Part shown: positions 37,136 to 44,950 of the stretch, piece after piece
Layout: every line of letters starts with the position of its first letter
Position numbering within the stretch: the first letter of the stretch is position 1
Source: Verrucomicrobiota bacterium
Lineage (GTDB): Bacteria; Verrucomicrobiota; Verrucomicrobiia; Limisphaerales; CANJSG01
Length of the DNA: 50,729 bases
Assembly: GCA_038209745.1 (NCBI GenBank)
Contig: JBBQXJ010000030.1
Coordinates: forward strand, 1 to 50,729
Reading direction: 5' to 3'
Program-made: the position numbers and the translations under genes
The notes under the pieces: model-generated
What the model saw: the letters and a program-made list of their open reading frames with translations, nothing else
Databases searched by the model: none
Told to the model about the DNA's origin: nothing

Positions 37136-38839
37136 ATGCCCGTTCGCCGCCTCATCCAGTCCCGCCTCGCCTGGGCGCTCCTGTCCAATGCGCTGCGGGT
37201 GGGTGGCTACATGCTGGTCCTGCCCATCGCGCTGCGCACCATTCCCGAAGCGGAGATGGAGATCTGGTGGCTCTTCGGCGCGGTGCAGGCGTTGGTCGTC
37301 CAGGCGGACTTCGGGCTGGGGCCCTCCATCAGCCGTGGCTTGTCCTACTTGTTGGCCGGCGCCACTTCCTTGCAGCCCGGCGCGGCCAAGGCCGGAGCCG
37401 AGGCCGATCCGGTCAAGGTCGCGGGTTTCATCCACGCGACGCATCGGGTCTATCGCTGGGTCATCGGCGCGGCCGTCGGGATCCTGATCCTGGCCAGCTT
37501 CTTCATCGTGCCGAAGATCGGAGCCGGGACCTTTTCCGGGGGCGACTTCAAGGACGTGGCGGCGTTCGTGGCCGGAATCCGGGCGGAGAACGACCCCGTC
37601 TCCGCCTGGCTCAAGCGCGCGCTTCCCCCCGAGGTGTTGGGCGGGATCTATGGGGACCGGAAGACCAATCCGGAATGGGATCGTCAGGTGCGCGCTTTCG
37701 TGAAGTCGCTCAATGCCCTGGTGGTCCGCGAGCCGGTCTTTGAACCGACCCGGTTCGCGGGTGCGACGCTCAGGCCGGAGACCCGGGCGTGGGTCGAGTC
37801 CCGGCCGACCGGGGCGCCTTTGGTCCGGGCCAACCGCCTCCTGCTGGAAGATGCGTTTCCGACGGCGATCACGAAGAATCCGGCCGCCCTGCATGGCCGG
37901 GCCTGGTGGATCATGATCGCCAGCTGGGTCGTTTTTGGGCTCGGCGTTCTGCTGACGCTGTCCTCCACCCGGTTCATCAATTTCTTGACCGGAGCGGACC
38001 ATGTGCGCTTGGCCCAGCAGCTGGCTCTGATCGGCATGGCGGTGAATCTGGCGCTCACGGCGGCCGGGCTCCTCGCCGGGTTCGGGTTCGCCGCGATGGC
38101 GGTGGGCTTGATGGGCAACGGCATCGTGCAGTCGATCGGGGGCCGCTGGGGCGTGCGCCGGCATCTGGGGCGGTTCCTGGGCGGCGGCGACGTCGAGACC
38201 GGCAAACGGATCTTTCTGGAAGTCTGGCCCAGTGCCTGGCGGGCCGGAGTGGTCTCGCTGGGGGCCTACCTCATCTACAATTCGAACGTCTTCTGGGCCT
38301 CGGCTTATCTCGGTCAGCCCGACGCCAGCCAATACCCCTTCACCCTGAAACTGATGCAGGTGCTCATGATCGTTTGCGGGCTTCCTGTTTCGACCCAGGT
38401 GCCCAAGTTGGCGCGCTGGATGGCCGCCGGTGAGCCCCGGCAGGCATGGAGTTACTTCCTCCGCCGACATTTTCTGGGGCTGGGCGCCCTAATGATCGGC
38501 GTCCTCGGACTCTGGCTGCTGGGAGACCGTTTTCTGGCTCGAATGGGTTCCCATAGCACCCTCTTGCCCGGGCCGCTCCTGCTCTTCATGGGATTGATCT
38601 ATGTGCTGGAGTTCAACCATGGCTATTGCGCCACCTTGGTCATGACCCGGAACGAAGTGCCGTTTGTCTGGGCGGCGACCGTTTCCGGAGTGGTCATCTG
38701 TGTGGGCGGAGGGGTGTTGGTTCAGACTTTTGGTCTCTGGGGCTTGTTGGGAACGGTGTTTGTCGTCCAAGCTGCTTGGAACAACTGGTGGGTGCCGTGG
38801 TTGGCATGGCGCGCTGTCAGGGGTGAGTCCCGTGCATGA
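37136..38839 (+). CDS. Polysaccharide flippase (Wzx-like) with an inserted soluble domain
   Basis: Multi-TM protein with ADFGLGPSISR near the N-terminus and NEVPF near the C-terminus; hydrophilic insert at about 37525-37875. Confidence 0.82.
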   Translation: MPVRRLIQSRLAWALLSNALRVGGYMLVLPIALRTIPEAEMEIWWLFGAVQALVVQADFGLGPSISRGLSYLLAGATSLQPGAAKAGAEADPVKVAGFIHATHRVYRWVIGAAVGILILASFFIVPKIGAGTFSGGDFKDVAAFVAGIRAENDPVSAWLKRALPPEVLGGIYGDRKTNPEWDRQVRAFVKSLNALVVREPVFEPTRFAGATLRPETRAWVESRPTGAPLVRANRLLLEDAFPTAITKNPAALHGRAWWIMIASWVVFGLGVLLTLSSTRFINFLTGADHVRLAQQLALIGMAVNLALTAAGLLAGFGFAAMAVGLMGNGIVQSIGGRWGVRRHLGRFLGGGDVETGKRIFLEVWPSAWRAGVVSLGAYLIYNSNVFWASAYLGQPDASQYPFTLKLMQVLMIVCGLPVSTQVPKLARWMAAGEPRQAWSYFLRRHFLGLGALMIGVLGLWLLGDRFLARMGSHSTLLPGPLLLFMGLIYVLEFNHGYCATLVMTRNEVPFVWAATVSGVVICVGGGVLVQTFGLWGLLGTVFVVQAAWNNWWVPWLAWRAVRGESRA

Positions 38840-39777
38840 ACAAACCTTTGGTCAGCGTGATCGTGCCGACGATCGGTCGCCCGGTCTTCTTCCAGAAGGC
38901 CTTGGCGAGCGTGGCGGCGCAGACGTATCCGAATCTGGAAATCTTCGTCTCGGACAACGCGGCCGAGACGCCAGTCTCGGAGCAGGAAGTGAGTTCTGCC
39001 TGCGGCGCGCACCCGTTTCGTTTGGTGCGCCGGGAAAAACGGTTGGGCTTTGCCGACCATTTCAACATCTGCCTGAAAGAGGCATCCGGGGAATTTGCGA
39101 TGTTCCTGTCGGACGACGACCTCCTGGTGCCGCGGTTTGTCGAAACGGCGGTTGATTGTCTCGGCAGCGACTCCAGCGTCGGGGCGGGCCTGTCGAGGCA
39201 GACTCGAATCGAAGAGTCGTTCCTAGGTGGCCCGCCGGAGGATGCCCTCACGTGGTCGTCCGACCTGTCAAACGTGCTCTACGATGATTGGTGGACCGGT
39301 GCGGGGAATCCTGATGTTCTGACGTTTGTATCCCTCTTTGGTAGAAGGATGAAAATGGTCCGGGCCGGCGGTTTTGGTAACGACCCGAGCGGTGCCCATT
39401 CCGACATTCAACTGTTGCTGGAGCTGACGTTGGGGCGCCGATTGGGCTACCTCTTCGGTGGGTTTCTTTACCGAGTTTATCCGACCAGCGTGGGTTTGGG
39501 AATGTCATGGCCTCACCTTCGGGACGGGACGATTGGATTTGAACGAGTCATTCAACGGTGGGTCAAGGAAGGGAGGATGACGGAGTCCCTCAGGCAGGCT
39601 TTGGTCCGGAACCACACCTCTTCAATGATCGGGAGATATCGTCGGCTCTACCGGAAACGCCCCGGATTTGTCAATAAAGTAAGACGGGTTTTGGACCTCT
39701 TCGGCCGGATAGCGCGGTCGCTTATTGTGACAGGGCCGAAATCGGTTCCGGTTCTCCATCGAATAGTCGGCTCGTAA
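38836..39777 (+). CDS. Glycosyltransferase family 2
   Basis: PLVSVIVPTIGR, QTYPNLEIFVSDNA, FLSDDDLL. Confidence 0.92.
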   Translation: MNKPLVSVIVPTIGRPVFFQKALASVAAQTYPNLEIFVSDNAAETPVSEQEVSSACGAHPFRLVRREKRLGFADHFNICLKEASGEFAMFLSDDDLLVPRFVETAVDCLGSDSSVGAGLSRQTRIEESFLGGPPEDALTWSSDLSNVLYDDWWTGAGNPDVLTFVSLFGRRMKMVRAGGFGNDPSGAHSDIQLLLELTLGRRLGYLFGGFLYRVYPTSVGLGMSWPHLRDGTIGFERVIQRWVKEGRMTESLRQALVRNHTSSMIGRYRRLYRKRPGFVNKVRRVLDLFGRIARSLIVTGPKSVPVLHRIVGS

Positions 39778-39862
39778 CGCCCCTACTCCTTGAAAGTCGG
39801 TAGCATGGTCCTTCTATCAGTCCTTGACGCATTCACACCTCACCCAATCTGATCGAAATTCG

Positions 39863-40633
39863 ATGAGCACAACGGCCTTTGAAGACCTGAAACAGACCTG
39901 GAAACACCTCGGGGCGGACGATCCGCTCTGGGCGGTGCTCTCTTGCGACGGCAAGGAAGGGGGCAAGTGGAAACTGGATGAGTTCCTGGCTACCGGCGAG
40001 GGCGACGTGGCCCTCTACCACGAACTGATCCGCCAACATGCGAACGCGCCGGAACAACTGGGGGACGTGTTGGATTTCGGCTGCGGGGTCGGACGGTTGG
40101 TGCTGGCCTGGAGCCGGCGGGCTCGTTCCGCCACCGGCGTGGACATCTCCGCCCCGATGATCGAGTACGCCGCCCGCATTCTGGCTCAAACCCCCAATGC
40201 CAAGGCGGTCCTCAATGAAAGCCCGGATCTGGCCCAATTCGCCGACGCCTCGTTCGACGTGGTGGCCACCCACATCTGTCTGCAGCACATTCCCCCGCAG
40301 TTTGTGCCGGGCTACCTCCGCGAATTTGGCCGGATCTGTCGGCCCGGCGGAGCGGTGGCCTTCCAGTTGCCCTCGCGGCTGCTTCGGGCGGACCATGGGG
40401 CCCACGCCCGACGCTGGATCGTGGAGCATCTGCCCTTTGGTCTGGGGAAGGTGTATCGCCGCTGGAAGCATGGGACGGTGGCCCGGTTCAATGTCTACAC
40501 CACGCCGGCGGAGCAGGTTGTCGCGGCGGCCACCGCGGGCGGGTTGGTCCTGGTCCACCAGGAGCCCGATCGTTCGGCCGGCGCCGACATCGAAAGTTTC
40601 ATCTACGTGTTTACGAAGCCAATCGTCCGGTAG
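39863..40633 (+). CDS. Class I SAM-dependent methyltransferase
   Basis: DDPLWAVLS, VLDFGCGVGRL, GVDISAPM, SFDVV, CLQHIP, RICRPGG. Confidence 0.92.
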   Translation: MSTTAFEDLKQTWKHLGADDPLWAVLSCDGKEGGKWKLDEFLATGEGDVALYHELIRQHANAPEQLGDVLDFGCGVGRLVLAWSRRARSATGVDISAPMIEYAARILAQTPNAKAVLNESPDLAQFADASFDVVATHICLQHIPPQFVPGYLREFGRICRPGGAVAFQLPSRLLRADHGAHARRWIVEHLPFGLGKVYRRWKHGTVARFNVYTTPAEQVVAAATAGGLVLVHQEPDRSAGADIESFIYVFTKPIVR

Positions 40634-40654
40634 CGGCAGGTGTCCCACCTGCCG
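40630..40654. repeat. GTAG-hairpin REP-like element
   Basis: GTAG followed by CGGCAGGTG-TCC-CACCTGCCG, a perfect 9-bp stem overlapping the methyltransferase stop codon. Confidence 0.6.
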
Positions 40655-40754
40655 TAAAGACAGGGCCTCCAGTCCGCCGGACCGGAACGCCACGTCAAGC
40701 CAGCCCACGGATTCCCGGTCTCGAACGGGGACGGGGTGGATAAATCAGGAGAAG

Positions 40755-40816
40755 CCCCTCACTCCGCCCCTCTCCCCATCGAATGGGGAGAGGATGGCAG
40801 AAGGTCGGGTGAGGGG
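40755..40816. repeat. CCCTCTCCCC/GGGGAGAGG-type palindromic intergenic repeat, copy 2
   Basis: CCCCTCACTCCGCCCCTCTCCCCATCGAATGGGGAGAGGATGGCAGAAGGTCGGGTGAGGGG, nested inverted repeats; homologous to 6157-6218. Confidence 0.8.
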
Positions 40817-41035
40817 ACGCCCCCGATTCAACGAGGCTATTCCCGCTTTTGGCCTTTCACGGCCCCGTTCCCGCGATTGCGGACACTATTTGTCCTGCAA
40901 CCGGCAGATTTTGCCCTAAGAAGGTGCATTTTGCCGATCAGTGGGCGTGTTTAGCAGATCGTCCGGGCCGTTGTTCTTGTTTCGAGACACCTTCGGCAGG
41001 TCGGAGGCGGGTCGGGGACTCCCTTCGGAGAGAGG

Positions 41036-41266
41036 CCGACGGGAAGCGACCGCCGCCCCACGATTAGCCAAGAGCTGCGGAAGAGTTGCGGCGTGGGGAG
41101 CAGGGTCGTTCCCGTCGTTGGGAAGAGCGTCGGAGTGCTTCGGAGGATCGCGGTCGGGGTGAAGAAGACCGTCGGCCCGGCCAAGACGGTTTGCGGAGAC
41201 CCAGCGACAATGGAAGAAACGGGGCGGACGAGCGCGGCCAGGCGGGAGAAGATCGTCGGCGACCTG
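41036..41266. repeat. Degenerate tandem array of 11 x 21-nt units
   Basis: GAAGA/GAGGA/GACGG-type cores recur at 41038, 41059, 41080, 41101, 41122, 41143, 41164, 41185, 41206, 41227 and 41248 (exact 21-nt spacing); unit position 4 is A in all 11 units. Confidence 0.75.
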
Positions 41267-41580
41267 CCGTTTTGATGGTCGGAACGGTGCGCGGAGTCTG
41301 GTCCGCGAGCGGGGCGCTTCGTGTTTGGACCCCCAAAAGTCGTCGCAGAGGGGTGTCTCACCGCGCAGCCAGACAGCGCGTCCGAGCAGGCGGCGGAGCG
41401 AGGCGCCGCTCTCCAGTGGGGCGGGGTTCCCCATGCGGTGGGCGTGCTGTTGGTCGGGTTGGCATCGTTGCTGCTACGCAGAAGTCGTCCCCGAAGAGGT
41501 TGTTCCTGGTTCTATCCTGGGGATAGGACGGGAGTCTTCATCAACAAAAACTGTCGGTATAAAAAAAGAGAAAAGGAAAA

Positions 41581-42195
41581 ATGCCTAATTATCGCGTATC
41601 TCTGGCCTTCACGAAAGTGTCCGATGCCAGCCTCGGTGAATTCGTCCTCATGGTCGTCGACTCGATGACCAGCAACCCGGCCTATCCGGCCCCGACGGTC
41701 CCGATCCCCGATCTGGCGGCGGCGCGCACGGCCTTTCTGAGCGCCTTGTCCGCCTCCGAAGTCGGCGGCATGCTGGCCACGGCCACGAAAAACGAGTCCC
41801 GGGAAGCGCTGCTGAAGCTCATGCGCAAGCAGGCCGCCTATGTGCAGGGGGAGATGGGCGACGACTTCGCCACCCTTCTCTCCTCCGGATTCGAGAGCGT
41901 GAGCCGTAACCGAACCCGGATCCAACTGCCCCCGCCTCGGGTGGAGCGCATCCGCAACGAACGCAGCGCCCAACTGGTGGTGGACCTGGCTCCGATGGCC
42001 AATGCCCGGGCCTACGAGGTGCAGAAAATGAACGGCACTGGAGGTTGGATGCCCGTGGGCATCTTCACCCAGTCCCGGCGTATCGTGCTGGAGGGATTGA
42101 ACCCGGGCTCGATCTATACCGTGCAGGCCCGGGCCGTCGGGGGCACCACCGGCTACAGCGACTGGAGCGACCCGGTGTCCCACATGTCGTTGTAG
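41581..42195 (+). CDS. Helical N-terminal domain + C-terminal fibronectin type III-like protein, no signal peptide
   Basis: 204 aa; amphipathic helices ending LLSSGF, then ARAYEVQ..W...LEGLNPGSIYTVQARAVGG..GYSDWSDPV (FN3 pattern); purine/A-rich leader just before the ATG. Confidence 0.85.
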   Translation: MPNYRVSLAFTKVSDASLGEFVLMVVDSMTSNPAYPAPTVPIPDLAAARTAFLSALSASEVGGMLATATKNESREALLKLMRKQAAYVQGEMGDDFATLLSSGFESVSRNRTRIQLPPPRVERIRNERSAQLVVDLAPMANARAYEVQKMNGTGGWMPVGIFTQSRRIVLEGLNPGSIYTVQARAVGGTTGYSDWSDPVSHMSL

Positions 42196-42207
42196 GTTGG
42201 AGTCGGG

Positions 42208-42313
42208 ATCTTCCCCCGCTCCGGCGCATGGCTCCGGGGCGGGAGAAGATGGGGCGGACCGGCAAGGTCCGCCCTGCTTGGAATAGGGGTGGGGCGGCGC
42301 TGCCGCGCCGCCC
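42208..42313. other. Three consecutive GC-rich stem-loops downstream of the FN3-like gene
   Basis: 42208-42224/42234-42250 (17 bp, 15 Watson-Crick), GGGCGGACC/GGTCCGCCC (42252-42274) and GGGCGGCGC/GCGCCGCCC (42292-42313); no U-tract. Confidence 0.7.
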
Positions 42314-42427
42314 TGATCATCGCGGAGCGGAGCGATGCGTTCTGGAAGCGGAAGAATGTCGCTTCCACCCGACCGCGTTGCGCGGGTCGAGCGGAGAGAC
42401 GGGACGCGTCTGGTCCGGCAACGCAAG

Positions 42428-42630
42428 CAGGACACCGAAGTCGCCATCCTCGACATCCGCAACCGGGTCGCGTCCCGGATCGACGAACTGGCGATGGGTG
42501 CCGGTCCATGAGGTGGACCTGACCGACCACGCATGCGTCCGGACGTTATCGGGGAACTGAGGCCCGAGGTGGTCTCCCATCTGGCGGCCATCCATTTTTT
42601 CCCGGAATGCAACGGCGATCCGAACGCACC
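42428..42630 (+). pseudogene. Frameshifted fragment of an NAD-dependent epimerase/dehydratase N-terminal region
   Basis: Pieces in different frames: DTEVAILD..., HEVDLTDHACVR, VIGELRPEVVSHLAAIHFFPECNGDP. Confidence 0.6.
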
Positions 42631-42649
42631 TTGCGGATCAACAGGGATG

Positions 42650-43195
42650 CGGGCGGAACTCGTCTTGCTGGGGCCTACCCTGTCTACAATTCGAACGTCG
42701 GCTGGGCCTCGGCCTATCTGGGCCAGCCCGACGCCAGCCAATATCTAGCCACCCTGAAACTGATGCAGGTGCTGATGATGGTCTGCGGGTTGCTCGGGGC
42801 CACCCAAGTGCCAAATTTGGCGCGATGGATGGCCGCCGGCGAGCCCCGGTAGGCATGGCGTTATTCCTCCGCCGGAATTGTCTCGGGCTCTGGCTGTAGT
42901 GAGACCGGTTGCTGGCTTGGATGGGATCCCATAATACCCTCTTGCCCGGGCCACTCCTGCTCTTCATGGGACTGATCTACGTGCTGGAGTTAAACCACGT
43001 CTATTTCGCGACCTTGGTCATGACCCGGAACGAAGTGCCGTTTGTCTGGGTGGCGACCATTTCCGGAATGGCCATTTGCGGGGATGGGGGCTTGTTGGTT
43101 CAGACTTTTGGTCATTGGTGCTTGTTGGGCAATGCGTTTGTAGTCCAAGCTGCTCGGAACAACTGGTGGGTCCCGTGGTTGGCGATACGATCCAA
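42650..43195 (+). pseudogene. Decayed duplicate of the 3' third of the wzx-like gene (about 38238-38815)
   Basis: Long near-identical blocks (e.g. ACCTTGGTCATGACCCGGAACGAAGTGCCGTTTGTCTGGG), CAG changed to TAG at 42850-42852, frameshifts and a short deletion. Confidence 0.92.
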
Positions 43196-43213
43196 CCGAA
43201 CCGTATAAAACCA

Positions 43214-44161
43214 ATGAATTCGTTGCTAACGATCGCGATTCCGGTTTTCAATCGGACCGCGTTTTTTCGTCAGGCTCTGGAGAGCGCATTGAACCAGACC
43301 GTTCCCGTAAAGGTGCTGGTGGTCGACAACGCGTCGGACGAAGGGGATTTTGCTGCGATTCTGGAGGACTATCCGGCTGAGCGGATCAGCTTTTTGAGGA
43401 ACGAAAAGAATCTGGGAATGGTAGGCAATTGGAACCGTTGCATCGAGCTTTGCATTACTCCTTATCTTCTCATTCTGCACGATGACGATTTTCTCGAGCG
43501 CGACCATGTGGAGATGTTTCTCAAAGTCCATCAACCAGGAGTCGCGCTCTACTACTGCAACGCCGCAGTGGTGGACCGGGATGGCGTCTGCGTGGACTAC
43601 ACTTTCCACCTGCCACTGAGCGCCTATAGGGAGACGTGGACTTGGTGCGTCACCAGCCCGGTCTTTGCGGGGGCAATTTTTGACGTGGCAACGGCTAGGC
43701 GACTCGGAGGGTTTTCGCGAAGGCTGCGGTACACGGTTGATTGGGATTTTTGGTTTCAATTGTTCCTTTCCGGTCCGGTCCGGTTGGTGCCCGGGCAGGG
43801 TGCAAGTTATCGGGCCTATGAATCCGCCGAGAGGGCAACGACCCAACTGGCTGGCGGCGCGAAGACGATCCGGTTCAATCGAACCCAGGTCAGGCGCAAT
43901 TTCGTCCATCTGAGGTCCTGGGGTCTCTACCGGATGCTCCGGCGAAACGGATTGATCCCGCGGCCGCACCTTCGGGTGCTGTTGGGCGCGCTCGACGGAC
44001 TCAAAGGGCGCGAACGCCGCTACTGGGCGGTGATGTGTGCGATGGGCCCCCGGGAAACGGTCGCTCAAACGGTGATGTGCTGGCTGTTCAGGATGCTCGG
44101 CCCGGTAATGTTTGTGATCCTGCGGTGGGTCAGTCGATTTTTCGGCGCGTCCCGGTCTTGA
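43214..44161 (+). CDS. Glycosyltransferase family 2
   Basis: LLTIAIPVFNR, VVDNAS, RNEKNLGMVGNWNRC, ILHDDD, VDWDFW. Confidence 0.92.
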   Translation: MNSLLTIAIPVFNRTAFFRQALESALNQTVPVKVLVVDNASDEGDFAAILEDYPAERISFLRNEKNLGMVGNWNRCIELCITPYLLILHDDDFLERDHVEMFLKVHQPGVALYYCNAAVVDRDGVCVDYTFHLPLSAYRETWTWCVTSPVFAGAIFDVATARRLGGFSRRLRYTVDWDFWFQLFLSGPVRLVPGQGASYRAYESAERATTQLAGGAKTIRFNRTQVRRNFVHLRSWGLYRMLRRNGLIPRPHLRVLLGALDGLKGRERRYWAVMCAMGPRETVAQTVMCWLFRMLGPVMFVILRWVSRFFGASRS

Positions 44162-44344
44162 CGGGCCTTTTGTTTGGCCGGTCCCGAACAAAGGGATAAC
44201 CCCGGGCCAACAGCCGGATTGGAGCCTTTTGGAACGAGTAGTTGGTGAGTTTCCGGCTCAAACAAGGAGAACCAAAACGATCACCCGCTTCCGTTCCGAT
44301 ATAGGGCCGATTCGTTCCCAGATTGTTCTGCCGTTGTTGATCGG

Positions 44345-44797
44345 TTGCCAGATGCTGTAGGCAGCGGGCGGTTTTCCAGTGCCTGCAAAGATCGCGGTGA
44401 AGGGTTTTCGGGACGGTTTGAGGCGACGGCTTATCACGACAACTTGGCGATCCCGGGTGCTTCGCGATTCGTGCTGGAGAGGACCGATCTGGCCAGGGGC
44501 GACTTCGGCACCTATTCGGTCGCGGTGCCCAACACGGCGGGCTCCGTCTCCGCTTCGGCGGTGGTCGCGGCGAAGGAGGGGCTCGGATTCGGGATGATCA
44601 AGACGGGGCCCATTTCCCAGATACTCTTGCCGCTGTCCGGTGAGAACGGGGTCGGCTACCGGGTGGAGAGCACGACGAACTTCGTTGATTGGTCGTTCCT
44701 GTTCGACGTGACGGCGACCGAAGGTCCCGTGCCGGTGGTCCTTTCCTGGGAAACCAACCGGAACGAACTGTTCTTCCGGGCGATCCGCAGCAACTAG
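44345..44797 (+). pseudogene. C-terminal remnant of a secreted Ig-domain protein
   Basis: AIPGAS...L...DFGTYSVAVPNTAGSVS (Ig-like) then YRVESTTNFVDW...FFRA tail; no signal peptide or convincing start codon. Confidence 0.55.
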
Positions 44798-44950
44798 CCC
44801 GGTTTGGCCGGTGGACTGGCTGCGTGAGTTGCTCAAACAAGACTGGTCGGTGGTTTCACTCCACGGAATCAGCGGTTGGTTCCATCAACCGATGAGAAAC
44901 ATGCAGGAAGGCTTGCAGGAGTATGCTTCCGATTGATTTGCTTGGGGAAT

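Noticed and set aside
590..38470. Many long antisense or alternate-frame ORFs (e.g. 590-2338, 3971-5347, 8937-11900, 27583-29739, 29264-31168, 36092-38470)
   Set aside because: They are shadows of real genes in high-GC DNA with scarce stop codons and have no recognisable motifs.
41036..41266. CRISPR array
   Set aside because: No identical repeats alternating with unique spacers, the period is only 21 nt, and there are no cas genes in the window.
41335..41506. Loose direct repeat AAGTCGTC..AGAGG..TGT at about 41335 and 41480
   Set aside because: Only two short, gapped copies; cannot be distinguished from chance by eye.
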